Numbered from the whole stretch's first letter, positions 9,349 to 21,292 are shown. The stretch is DNA of 61,459 nucleotides, filler included, from Nitrospinae bacterium RIFCSPLOWO2_12_FULL_45_22 (GCA_001803565.1; 4 parts of 4 records of this genome joined end to end with filler, not necessarily neighbours in it), one strand, 5' to 3'. Notes: generated by a model from the letters alone, not told the origin. Program-made: numbers and translations.

Positions 9349-9371
9349 AGTCAGTATCATGATCTAGCGCT

Positions 9372-10019
9372 TCATGCTCTCGGGTTTGCTAGGATGTCTC
9401 GGTGCCGCCCTATCCCGACACCGGGAAGGCGGTAGAGAAAGTTGCTCCGAAGCTTCTCAACTCCTGTCGCCGTTATAGATGCAGTGGGCGTCCTTCGAGA
9501 TGCACCCTTCCGTCCTGAAAACGACCAATCCGTGCGCACGAGCTTGGCACACAGAATCTCAAGAAACGTCAGGGGAACAGTTTCACCATTATCCTGCTCC
9601 CCTATCCCGTAGCGAAACACCATCAGCCAGCAGTCCTCTGGATTATGGCCCTGCCAACCTCCACGTTGAATGGACGATTTGACTTCTATTCCCTCGTCAC
9701 CTTTCAAGACAAGATTCGAAGAGTAATGGCCTTTGGGGAGAAGGTCGGGATGGCCCCCGACCTTCATGTTGGCCTCCAGCGTTTGTGACGCGCGAGCAAT
9801 ATTCTTCACCAGGAACTCCGAGATTATACCTGAGAGTGAGTTCCCGAGCAGGAGTTCTTCGAGAGGTCGAAACCCACCCTGAATAAGGAAGTCGTTGAGA
9901 CCGTGGAATAGCCTATATGTCTCTGCGACACCCTTCTCAACCTCGATAACCTGCAAACCATATGGTAACTGAACGCGACGATTGACGTATGTAATATCAA
10001 GCTGAGTAGGTCGTGTCAT
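9372..10019 (-). CDS. Putative Type II restriction endonuclease (PD-(D/E)XK)
   Basis: HPDLL...GIEVKSS motif; convergent with the MTase in the same cassette. Confidence 0.65.
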   Translation of the reverse strand: MTRPTQLDITYVNRRVQLPYGLQVIEVEKGVAETYRLFHGLNDFLIQGGFRPLEELLLGNSLSGIISEFLVKNIARASQTLEANMKVGGHPDLLPKGHYSSNLVLKGDEGIEVKSSIQRGGWQGHNPEDCWLMVFRYGIGEQDNGETVPLTFLEILCAKLVRTDWSFSGRKGASRRTPTASITATGVEKLRSNFLYRLPGVGIGRHRDILANPRA

Positions 10020-10053
10020 GTCTGCTCCCTTATTCTGTCGCCGCGTTTTGGTC

Positions 10054-10126
10054 GGCTAAAGGTACGGCTAAGCGGTTGCAATGGAGCGTAGCGGAATTGC
10101 AATCCGACTTGATCCGATTGTTAGAA
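10054..10126 (-). other. attC site 1 (73 bp), R' box mutated
   Basis: Minus strand TTCTAAC-aatcggatcaagtcggattgcaattccgctacgctccattgcaaccgcttagccgtacc-TTTAGCC (TTT where GTT is expected); starts 6 bp after the upstream stop. Confidence 0.85.
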
Positions 10127-11156
10127 ACAAATCATATATCAATTGGTTGCCAAATGAATTTATTCTTAAATTTTCCGGGTGCATATAAAAAACCGTCCAA
10201 AAAGCTTGTTACGTTATAATAGTACGTCTGGCTTTCAATATAAGAGTTCAAAATAGTCTCAAGTTGATTCCTGCCGAGGTCCCTCGAAAGTATTTGGGCT
10301 ACTAACAGACGAATCTTGTCATGTTCAGAATGTAATAATTTGGTTGCGAGAGGAATTCTATCCTCCCGCGACAGTAAATGAATCTGTTCAGCAGCTATTT
10401 CGGAAATATTTTTGTCTTTTCCGTAAACCAAATCTTGAATCACTTTCAACTGATTGCCACTAAGTTTAATGGCTACAATTACGGCCTTTCTCTGGGTGTA
10501 ACCATAAGTATCTTTAGCTAGATTGATGAGGCGTTCGATGTCTGTATGATCACCGTGTCTTTCAATTATTGAAATACAATCATCATTACCCCTCCCGTGC
10601 TTGAGATTCCCCATATACTGTCTTGCAAATTGAATATCAGCTTTATCATTTAACATTGACAGTCCTTTCAATGCCGCTTCTGTAAAAGAATCCTTAAGGA
10701 ATTGTTCTATGCCTGGCTTATATTGCGCTAAAAGCAATGAAGCATTATCACCATATTCTGCCTTTAACTTGTCAATAGAATTCCTTTTGATATCTTCGAA
10801 GTTATTATTCAAATCTGATCTAATTTTTTCTGCCATAGTTGAAAAGTGCAAGATTAACAAAGCTTCATAAGCCTCTTTGCCGTACCCAGAATAAAAATCA
10901 ACCATGTTTTCAAGTTCTTCTTGTGTCCGTCTCGAAAGAACCAACGGAATGATATCATCCTCTGTAACGTGAGGACTTGATAGACCTAGTAATGTCGGTC
11001 GCCCTTCTTTTGGCGTAGGAAATAGTTTAGAAATTTCACTGAGACTAAATTTTCTGCCGTTGTTAATTAACCAAATGAAGCCGATTTTTCTAACAAATGA
11101 ATCAGTATCAGCGAGGATTTTTTCTGAAATATCAGCCGTCAATGCGCTTATTCTAT

Positions 11157-12829
11157 CCGTAAAATAGCGATTGATTTTTGAGCAAGGATATTTTTAGTCC
11201 TGCTCTGAGCTTTTCTCTTACTCAGGTATTATTTTTATGTTAATTAACATTAATTACTGATTTGAAAGCCTCAATTATTATTAACCAGGCCAAATAGAGG
11301 CTATTTCTAGGCGGACTTCCCCTCTGCCTTCTCGAAGAAGGCCAATGATTATGAGATAGCTCCCTTAGACTAGGTAAATATCCTGGGCTATCCAGGTCGA
11401 CATAGGGCAGAGATGTTCTCACGAATCTCTCTAAAGAGGTTATATTTCTCTAGGCCTGCAGCAATCTTAAGGATAATACTTCTGCCATGCTTAACCACCC
11501 GGGCGGCGGTTTCAAACAGCCTCCAGCGAAGGGTGGCTACGGTATGATACATCCACTCTGGGGGACAGCACAGGCGTTTAAAACCAATCAACACATTGTA
11601 AGCAATGCTGCCCAAGCGATACCATACCGCATTGGCATAGCTTTCCCCACAGGGCAGGGTCTCTAAGCCAAATCCGATCTTGGATTCTTTGATATAATTC
11701 TCTGCATTCCCCCGGCCATTATGCCACTCTAATACCTTCTCTGCATCCCATTTCTCGGGGAAGTTGCTAGCAACGGCATGATAACGCTCTTTGGGACCCT
11801 CTCCCCATAAACTTAACTGGAGTTCTCTCTCCTTTAGCACAATCAGGCGGAAGGCCTTCTTGGTATGCTCCATGCTGTGCACCGTCTCTGCTATCCAGGC
11901 GCCATCCCTATCCTTCATGGGTTTCCAATCCTCAGCCGTGATAGCCTCTATGGCTTTTTTAACCGCACTATCCTGATCTGCCGTAATGGTATATTCTATC
12001 TGATCCTCCTCGCAGTGATTTATAATCCCTGCCTGATAAGCAGCGCTGTCACTGCGGAATCTCTTAATCTTCTTGCCCTGAGGCATCCGCCTCTGGCATT
12101 CCTTCAGGGCCTCCAACAACCCCTTGGAAGGACTCTCATTGCCCTCCCGAAATTCCTCATAGATCTTTAGCCCGTTCTCTGCTAGATACCCCTCCAAAGG
12201 CATATAGCCCTTAAAGCCCTTATAGGTCATCTGGGCCTCTCTCTTGTTGGCCTCAATAGCCGTGGCATCTAAGTCCAAAGTGTATTCACTAAAAGGCTCC
12301 CGCCTCATCACTTGATGACAGTGGGCTATCTGAACCCTCTCCAATCCCTTAAGCCCTTTTGCTCTCTTAGCAGGATTCCCCATCCGGCGCAACCAGTCCC
12401 CCGTAGCCGATACCGAAGGAATTTCATACTTCAAGACCTTCTTCAATCCCTTATCCCCCTCCAATATCCGCAAATCCTCTATACACCTACCCCCTCCTAG
12501 CTGCATCAGGATTATGGGTTCGGCATAGACTACTGCCTTCCTGCCTCGCCCACTCCCAGGCTCGGGAAGCTCCCGCGCTAAAGCCCGGTGCAATCCAAGC
12601 CCATGCAGGTATTCTCCTACCAGGGCTAATCCCGCCCTGGGAGTTAATACCTCATCTGTCATCTCTAGCTTGAATGGCAAAACGGTTTGTTGTGTCATTT
12701 TCTTCTGAGCCCTCCTTGGTTTAGGGTTTCACCCGCATGGTGATGGTTTTTTAACCATTATACCTGGCTGAAACCCTTATTCCAAGGAGATTTTTCCATT
12801 TGAGGCTATTTTTAATCACTATTTTTAGG
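11157..12829 (-). mobile_element. IS1380-family insertion sequence (1673 bp)
   Basis: IRs CCTAAAAATAGTGATTAA / CCGTAAAATAGCGATTGA; flanking direct repeat TTCTAT (11151-11156 and 12830-12835). Confidence 0.9.
11388..12698 (-). CDS. IS1380-family DDE transposase
   Basis: LTPRAGL, LDLDAT, RSDSAAY, RGNAENYIKESK, TLRWRLF motifs. Confidence 0.9.
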   Translation of the reverse strand: MTQQTVLPFKLEMTDEVLTPRAGLALVGEYLHGLGLHRALARELPEPGSGRGRKAVVYAEPIILMQLGGGRCIEDLRILEGDKGLKKVLKYEIPSVSATGDWLRRMGNPAKRAKGLKGLERVQIAHCHQVMRREPFSEYTLDLDATAIEANKREAQMTYKGFKGYMPLEGYLAENGLKIYEEFREGNESPSKGLLEALKECQRRMPQGKKIKRFRSDSAAYQAGIINHCEEDQIEYTITADQDSAVKKAIEAITAEDWKPMKDRDGAWIAETVHSMEHTKKAFRLIVLKERELQLSLWGEGPKERYHAVASNFPEKWDAEKVLEWHNGRGNAENYIKESKIGFGLETLPCGESYANAVWYRLGSIAYNVLIGFKRLCCPPEWMYHTVATLRWRLFETAARVVKHGRSIILKIAAGLEKYNLFREIRENISALCRPG

Positions 12830-14228
12830 TTCTATTAAGGTAATCTGCTGCATATTCCCTGACACGGGGCGCTGCCTCAAATATTGCTGAAACAATCAAA
12901 TCAACACTCACTTTGATGTCAAGGCTCTCCAGTGAGGCTTTATACACATTTGTTACTTCAGTTGACTTTTCTTTGAGAAGAATAAATGACTGTTCCGGTT
13001 CAAATAAATATAACAAGTCTATGTAAGTAGCCATAGCAACATTTCTTATATTTTCATTTTCATGAGTAAGTAGTGGTTCTAAAAGGGCTAGAAATGTTTT
13101 TTCTTGACAGTATTTTATTAGACTAATTGCCGCGATAATGATGTCATCGTCATCGTCCTCCAGTAGATCACTCATTATTTCTAGTGGAGGAGTAGTATTG
13201 GAATAATTCAAAGCCGCCAATGCACCTTTTCTGACTGCACCATTGCGATCATTTCGCGACAAGTAAAAAAGTATGTCTTCTATGTCGTTAACATCTTTAC
13301 CAGAAAGCCAATACCATCCCGGTATAACACCAGAAAAATCACCAAAGTAGGTTCTCATTAGGAACGATTTTTCATTAAAGGATAAATTCCACTCATTTCT
13401 TTTTCGATATACTAAGTTAGTCTCATGTGTTCCGAAAAGTTCTCCTATATGTGATGAGGAAAAAAGGGCGCTGGCAGAAAGATAGGCACGAATACGTTCC
13501 CAGTAATCTATCTCTTCCTCATTACCATCTCCTAAACATTTTCCAATCTTAGTGAAAACGTCAATGAGTTCATCGTTCTTATTATCTCGATAATTCGCTT
13601 GTTCTAGTTTTGCATATGGAACAGCGTTGGAGGTAGGCGGCTCGGTTTCTAAATCGGAAGACGTTTTCTGGGAGCTATTATTAATATCTAACAAGTATGC
13701 ACTTAGATCTTCAAAAGCTATATCCCTAAATGCACTTATGTCTTCAAATTCCTTAAATAAAAGCTCCTTGCCTTCTATAAGTTGCTTCTTGAAATGAATA
13801 CATTTTTTTAGCTGTTCTCCTGGATCTTTGAATAGCTCTTCTTCAATTCGCTTGAAAAACATCCATATTTCTGGCTTGTCACCATTGATCCTCCTGCTAC
13901 GAGCAATAGAAAATTCTTCTTCGAAGCCAGAACTATACTCACCGCTTTCCGTACCCCAGCGCTTCCATAGCATGCCAATAAATAAATCGCAATTTTCAAC
14001 ATCCTTGTTTATTAAGGTTTGCGGCCTAGAAAAGCCAGCTAGGGTATCTTCCCATCCCAATAGCTCTATTTGCCATCCAATGCGCTTTCCATATATTTTA
14101 TTTAATCTTTCAACTACATCTCTTAGAGTTTTTCTCTCGTCACTCAAATCACTGGGAGATGCGACAAAAACTGATAAAATCTTCCGTTCCAAGCTATTGG
14201 TCCTTTCTTTCTATTGAGCAATTCTATT

Positions 14229-14247
14229 TTCTAACTACTAATTATAT
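14229..14247 (-). other. attI site (simple site)
   Basis: Minus strand ATATAAT-TAGTA-GTTAGAA (L-like box, 5-bp spacer, R box); GTTAGAA is the exact complement of TTCTAAC closing the first cassette; no attC-like hairpin. Confidence 0.75.
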
Positions 14248-14334
14248 AGAAAAAAATTCTGCATTTTCCGGTAAAATGCAGAAAAATTTCTGTTATAATC
14301 CAAATATTATCGTTTTTTACAGAATTCTACCCTC

Positions 14335-14363
14335 ATTATAAAAACTAAAGAGCTATCTGACAA
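14335..14363 (-). promoter_or_regulatory. Cassette promoter Pc
   Basis: TTGTCA-N17-TATAAT on the minus strand, directly after the intI stop and pointing at attI. Confidence 0.7.
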
Positions 14364-14365
14364 TG

Positions 14366-14509
14366 TCAATGATCTAATGGGCTTTTTATACTTATCCCGG
14401 GCTTATTTAACACATGGGTGTAAATCATAGTGGTTGAGACATCGCTATGACCCAGCAACTCTTACACCGTCCTGATGTCGTAGTTTGCCTCCAGTAGATG
14501 GGTGGCATA
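14366..14509 (-). pseudogene. intI: Integron integrase C-terminal remnant with internal stop
   Basis: Manual translation [46 protein letters not shown], the IntI C-terminus with catalytic H and Y; conserved Q is now TAA (14462-14464); everything upstream is deleted. Confidence 0.9.
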
Positions 14510-14519
14510 AAATCCCTGG

Positions 14520-15845
14520 TTAGGGATTATTTTTATTCAATAATTCTTTTATTAGCTCAAGATAGCGGGAGACGGCCCCCTGGTTAGCAAAGACCACTTG
14601 TTGGGCCTTTTCTCCTAGTTCTTCTATTTTCTGGGGCTGCTGCAACAGCTCCAGCATCTTATTGGCCAGTCCTTGACCATCCTGGATCTGGATACCACCA
14701 CCGCTCTCTATCAGTATCCGGCCTATCTCTTCGAAATTAAATACCGAGGGGCCAAAAAAGACCGGCTTTTTGTGCACCGCTGGCTCCAGCAGGTTCTGGC
14801 CCCCGGTCGGGACTAGACTCCCACCTACAAAGACCAGGGTGCCTAAGGCATATAGAGAGGCTAATTCCCCTAAAGTATCCAATATAATGATGGGCTTTTG
14901 ATCTTTCTGGGGCGCTGATCCCTCTGCCAAAAGCTTAGTCCGTCTGATGCTGCGCAAGCCCTTTCTTTTTATCAGCTCCTCTATCTCCTCCGCCCGTTCA
15001 ATATGCCTGGGGGCTATTATCAAGACCAGTGATGGGTAGTGGAGCCTCAATTGCCCATACACTTCAACTATTATCTCTTCTTCACCACGATGGGTACTAC
15101 CAGCGATAATTACCTGTTCCTGCCCGTTTAAGCTAAGGGATTGGCGCAGAGTATGTAATTCTTCTTTTGAAATGGCCGTTAAAGAAGTAGCCCGGTCAAA
15201 TTTTACATTGCCCAGTACCATTACCCTTTCTGGTGGGGCCCCCAGTTGCTGGATACGGTAAGCATCTGCGTCTGTCTGCATCCCGAAAAGGTCTATCTGA
15301 CTAAGGACATGCCGCATAAAAAATCTTACCCGCCGATAGCCTTTATAAGATTTGGGTGAGAGGCGGCCGTTGATAATAGCTGACGGGACACCTTTTTGGG
15401 CCAGGTAATGGAAAAAATTGGGCCAGAGCTCGGTCTCCATAGCCAGGAAGAGCCTGGGCTGGACGAAATCTATCACCCGCTTCACCGACCAGGGATAATC
15501 AAAAGGGAAAAAGATAAACTGATCTGCCCAGGGTATTTTCTCCTGGGCCGTGCGGTATCCGGTTACCGTTACGGTAGAGAGCAGGACTTTCAACTGGGGC
15601 CAGGTCTTCTTCACTTCTCTTACGATAGGCACCGCTGCTATTACTTCACCTACTGAGACGGCATGGAGCCAGACCCAATCTCCTGGTTCCCAATCAGACC
15701 GGATATGTTGGGGTAGGAGGCCAAGGCGCTCTTTAAGGCTGATCTGGTATTTAGCAGTAGTGCTTAGTTTATACAGGATAACTGGAAATCCTAAGCCTGT
15801 GCCTATATGGAGCAATAAATTATAGATGATAAAGCCTGGTTTCAT
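14520..15845 (-). CDS. waaA: 3-deoxy-D-manno-octulosonic acid transferase
   Basis: WLHAVSVGE, ETELWPN, GSTHRGEE, APRH, GGQNLLEPA. Confidence 0.95.
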   Translation of the reverse strand: MKPGFIIYNLLLHIGTGLGFPVILYKLSTTAKYQISLKERLGLLPQHIRSDWEPGDWVWLHAVSVGEVIAAVPIVREVKKTWPQLKVLLSTVTVTGYRTAQEKIPWADQFIFFPFDYPWSVKRVIDFVQPRLFLAMETELWPNFFHYLAQKGVPSAIINGRLSPKSYKGYRRVRFFMRHVLSQIDLFGMQTDADAYRIQQLGAPPERVMVLGNVKFDRATSLTAISKEELHTLRQSLSLNGQEQVIIAGSTHRGEEEIIVEVYGQLRLHYPSLVLIIAPRHIERAEEIEELIKRKGLRSIRRTKLLAEGSAPQKDQKPIIILDTLGELASLYALGTLVFVGGSLVPTGGQNLLEPAVHKKPVFFGPSVFNFEEIGRILIESGGGIQIQDGQGLANKMLELLQQPQKIEELGEKAQQVVFANQGAVSRYLELIKELLNKNNP

Positions 15846-15932
15846 ATAGGTTCACAGCGTAAAGTGCAAGATGTAAAGCTATGGTATTATTACTTAGCTT
15901 TGCGCTTTTAGCTTTAAGTTTTACGCCTCTTA

Positions 15933-16739
15933 TTAGATACCTACAATGGCAATATTTGCTTGATTGGCCTGATAGATCATCTTTGCCAGGTCAACGATCA
16001 GGGTCTTTCCCGCTTCTAAGGCCAGGACAGATGCCCTTCCTTCCTTCATGGTCTCTATGGTTTGGCTCCCTACGGTTGGTGCATCTAAAAGAAAATCCTG
16101 ATGGGGTCGGCTAACCTTTACCACCACTGCATTGCCATTACTAAAGTGACATCCTCTCCTGATGGCTTCATCCGTTCCTTCAATAGCCTCTACCGCCAGT
16201 ACCGTTCTATCCTTTACTACTATAGTCTGACCAATATCTAATCTGCCAATCTCTTTAGCGATCTGGAAGCCAAACTCCACATCCTGCCATTCTTTATTAG
16301 TAGGTCTTCGGCTGGTCAGTACCCCTTTCTTTGCTAAATAATCTTGCAGGAACAGGGTCTGATCAAGCAGTTTTAATCCGTCTTTACCCAGCTCTTCTTT
16401 GATGGCAGAAAAAAGGGATTCATCACTCCCACTCCTGATCCGCCCGAGAGATTTTAAGGCCCTCCAGTCGAAACTAAATTTATTAAAAATAATCCCTTTA
16501 TCTACTTTGCCCAGGATAATTACATACTCAACCCCTTCCTGTTTTAAGGTATTTATAATCTTTTCTGCCTGGCCTACGCCATAATGATATACTTTTTGCG
16601 AAAAGGGTCTTAGCTCATCGCCTATCTGTTCAGTAAAGGCTATAGAGATTATTTCTATAGCCTTTTCTTTAGCAGCATTGGCAACTAAAACAGGTAATTT
16701 CCCTTTACCAGCAATCAGTCCCAGTTTCTTAATATCCAT
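15933..16739 (-). CDS. lpxI: UDP-2,3-diacylglucosamine diphosphatase LpxI
   Basis: LGLIAGKGKLP, DIGQTIVV, AVEAIEGTD motifs; lies in a lipid A cluster. Confidence 0.9.
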   Translation of the reverse strand: MDIKKLGLIAGKGKLPVLVANAAKEKAIEIISIAFTEQIGDELRPFSQKVYHYGVGQAEKIINTLKQEGVEYVIILGKVDKGIIFNKFSFDWRALKSLGRIRSGSDESLFSAIKEELGKDGLKLLDQTLFLQDYLAKKGVLTSRRPTNKEWQDVEFGFQIAKEIGRLDIGQTIVVKDRTVLAVEAIEGTDEAIRRGCHFSNGNAVVVKVSRPHQDFLLDAPTVGSQTIETMKEGRASVLALEAGKTLIVDLAKMIYQANQANIAIVGI

Positions 16740-17718
16740 TATAACAATCCCCTGGGATAATCTTCTCCTCTTTCATCATATTTATAATTTTTAGGGCTAT
16801 TTCTAAGGAATATAGTTCTTCCTCGACAGAGATATTCCTGGCAACCCCATTAGTAGCACAATCCAGCAAGTGCATAATTTCCAATTTTAAGGGGTTATCC
16901 TTATGGACAAAGATCCTTTCTACAAAGGATTCTTGTTTATAGCGCAGCTCTTTTCTGGTAAGGATATGCTCAGAGGCGGCATTTCGATGGATATGGATAT
17001 CTTGATCGGTATAATTTAAGAAGAGATAAGCATCTCGCTGGGTGACGGCCAGGGTACGGATCTTATGCTGGGTTGCTCTACTAGCCGTTATACTGGCCAG
17101 GCAGCCATTCTCGAAGGCGATCTGGACATTAGCCAGGTCTTCATACCCAGAATAGAGGGAGTAACCCACTACATTTATTTTTTTTACTTTAGAATTAACT
17201 AAACTGAGGACAATATCCAGATCATGGATCATCAGATCCAGGATCACTCCCTCATCCTGTATCCTGGGGGTATAAGGCCCTAAGCGGCGGCTTTCTAAGA
17301 ATATGGGTTGGTTAACCAGCCGCTTTAATTCTTGCACTGCCCCATTAAATCGCTCCACATGGCCAATATGGAGTATTGCACCATGTTTGTCGGCTATATG
17401 AAATAGTTCCCGGGCATGCTTCAGGTTTTGGGTAATAGGTTTTTCTAATAAAACATGAACGCCAGCTTCTAAGAAATCCTTAGCTACTTGATAGTGCTGA
17501 GGAGTAGGGACGGCAATGCTTACTATCTCTACCTTGCCTATTAGCTCATGGGCATGATGGTAAGGAGTGGTATTATACCGCTGGGCAATTTCATTGGCCC
17601 GGGCTTTATCAGTATCTGCTATCCCCACCAGGTCTACCTGGTGGAGCTCGGAATAGACCCCTACATGATACTGTCCCATGTGGCCTACACCTACTACCCC
17701 GGATTTAATAGCTGGCAT
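16729..17718 (-). CDS. Gfo/Idh/MocA oxidoreductase (GnnA-like)
   Basis: GVGHMG, EKP, GHVERFN, DLMIHD motifs; overlaps the lpxI start; AGGAGG RBS before ATG 17718. Confidence 0.85.
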   Translation of the reverse strand: MPAIKSGVVGVGHMGQYHVGVYSELHQVDLVGIADTDKARANEIAQRYNTTPYHHAHELIGKVEIVSIAVPTPQHYQVAKDFLEAGVHVLLEKPITQNLKHARELFHIADKHGAILHIGHVERFNGAVQELKRLVNQPIFLESRRLGPYTPRIQDEGVILDLMIHDLDIVLSLVNSKVKKINVVGYSLYSGYEDLANVQIAFENGCLASITASRATQHKIRTLAVTQRDAYLFLNYTDQDIHIHRNAASEHILTRKELRYKQESFVERIFVHKDNPLKLEIMHLLDCATNGVARNISVEEELYSLEIALKIINMMKEEKIIPGDCYNGY

Positions 17719-17940
17719 AACCTCCTCCCTGGTCTTCATTATGGTCTCAGGAAAAATTGATAAAAACTATCAGATAAATACTCAGCCGTTAGAGGCTTAT
17801 ACCGGGGCTTACCTCTGCCCACGGATTTATCCTATTTTACCACAAAAACGTCCTCTACCCAAAAATTTTGTCAACCAGCAGCCAATATTTGCCTTGCCCA
17901 TTCGGATAGCATCTGCTATAAAATAACCGTATCGAAATAG

Positions 17941-19876
<1,936 letters not shown>

Positions 19877-19892
19877 AGCACTGCTTTATCGC

Positions 19893-20534
19893 TCACAGAC
19901 CCAGCGATTCACCAATGAGCACAATCTCCAGGTCAGTGCTTCGAGGTTTCTTCTCAATGATTACCGTCACATTACACATGCTCTCGGGAGGTTTGCATTC
20001 AACGCATTGCCCTAATTCAACACAGGGGGTTTTATACCCCAGCCTCCGGGCATTCATAGGGGCGGCAATCTCTTTTATTCGCCTCCGGGCATCGGTAACA
20101 TCTTTTACGATCTTGTTTGTACCGGCAACGACGAGTACTTTTTGGGGGCCAAAAAACATAGCCCCTACCCGGTTCCCACTGGCATCAATATTATAGATAT
20201 GGCCATCTTCCGTCAGGGCATTGGTACCAGTAAGGAATATATCGGCGGTTAAGGCCTGACGTCTTAAATTATAGGCCTCTTCCCGGGATAATTTTTTAGA
20301 GGATGGATTTATGAGGTTGATTTGCAGGTTGCGCAATCCCTCAAAAAGGCCTATTTCTCCCAGGGTCAAAGAACCTCCAATACCGACGGTTGCATGTTGA
20401 GGGATCTGGCTCAGGATATATTCCCGGGCCTGTGATTTCTCAGGGAAATAGCGTACCTGAAAGCCATTTCCTTGCAATGCCTTAATGGTTCTCTCTACTT
20501 GCTTTTCCTTTAGCCATTCTTTCAATTCCTTCAT
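19893..20534 (-). CDS. LUD-domain (lactate utilization-like) protein
   Basis: GGSLTL, NALTEDG, NIDASGNRV, Cys cluster TPC...C.EC...MC. Confidence 0.85.
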   Translation of the reverse strand: MKELKEWLKEKQVERTIKALQGNGFQVRYFPEKSQAREYILSQIPQHATVGIGGSLTLGEIGLFEGLRNLQINLINPSSKKLSREEAYNLRRQALTADIFLTGTNALTEDGHIYNIDASGNRVGAMFFGPQKVLVVAGTNKIVKDVTDARRRIKEIAAPMNARRLGYKTPCVELGQCVECKPPESMCNVTVIIEKKPRSTDLEIVLIGESLGL

Positions 20535-20557
20535 TTTTTCTCTCCCTTCCCATATTT

Positions 20558-20740
20558 GTAACAGTTCACGGGGTTCAGTTAACAGAGATCAGGAAAAGAC
20601 TTTAAATTTTGCATAGTTAGCGATATTTGGAGATTGCGCGAAGGATTAATAGCCCCTAGATGCCTTTGAGTAAAATCTTACCTGACCTGTCTGCCAAGGC
20701 ACAGGCAGGCAACTGATCCCTGACCCCTGTGAACTGTTAC
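20558..20740. mobile_element. MITE copy 2 with 8-bp TSD and inserted mini-hairpin
   Basis: TIRs GTAACAGTTCAC; TSD CCATATTT on both sides; extra CCTGTCTGCCAAGGCACAGGCAGG at 20686-20709. Confidence 0.9.
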
Positions 20741-21156
20741 CCATATTTTTCCCAAAGGTCTGGCCGTTGTTGCTTGATGAAAGGGATTACCCACTGGAAC
20801 AGTTCCTTGTGTGCTGGATCAGACAGGGTTTTAAGCATAATTCCTAACTTATGTTCACTTAAATGGAGACCATATTCCAAGGCATATCTGATCTGGAGAA
20901 CGATTAGCAGATGGGAGACTAGAACATCAGAATTCTTTTGACCCCGCAACCATTCCAGTATTGCCTGGCTCTCTTGCCGGTCACCAGTGCCCTTGAACCA
21001 TTTCTGGGACTCCATGAGAGCTGAAGGGAAACCCTCCGGTCCCTTGAAGCTATGCAGGGTCATCTCCACACCCAGGGGCCAGGCAAAGGCATCCCCGCAG
21101 GGACTGGTATCTTTCTCTATCAGTGCATACAACCGATCTGCAATATTACTCACCAT
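20737..21156 (-). CDS. Hypothetical protein
   Basis: 139-aa ORF with GAGG RBS, co-oriented with neighbours; its stop codon lies within the MITE TIR. Confidence 0.65.
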   Translation of the reverse strand: MVSNIADRLYALIEKDTSPCGDAFAWPLGVEMTLHSFKGPEGFPSALMESQKWFKGTGDRQESQAILEWLRGQKNSDVLVSHLLIVLQIRYALEYGLHLSEHKLGIMLKTLSDPAHKELFQWVIPFIKQQRPDLWEKYG

Positions 21157-21245
21157 TATTTATCCTCACTCCCTTTCGTTAATAACCTTCCCCACCAATT
21201 TTTCTTACGGGGCATGTATCAGGGCTCTTGGTTGGGCAAAATTTG

Positions 21246-21292
21246 AAGTCTTTTCCTGAACCCTGTTACCTGAGAACCCCGTGAACTGTTAC
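21246..21292. mobile_element. Partial MITE end
   Basis: AAGTCTTTTCCTGAACCCTGTTACCTGAGAACCCCGTGAACTGTTAC matches the reverse complement of the MITE left end. Confidence 0.75.

Larger units (their letters stand above)
10132..14192 (-). pseudogene. DUF4062 + HEAT-repeat protein (793 aa when restored), interrupted by IS1380
   Basis: ORFs 12825..14192 and 10132..11142 rejoin in frame (...DYLNRISALTADISEK...) after removing the IS and one TSD copy; N-terminal VFVASPSDLSDER DUF4062-type motif, HEAT-like helical repeats. Confidence 0.85.

Noticed and set aside
8521-9360. 279-aa antisense ORF over the MTase, and other shadow ORFs such as 24632..25237, 31956..32561 and 33449..34000
   Set aside because: They overlap well-supported genes and have no recognisable motifs.
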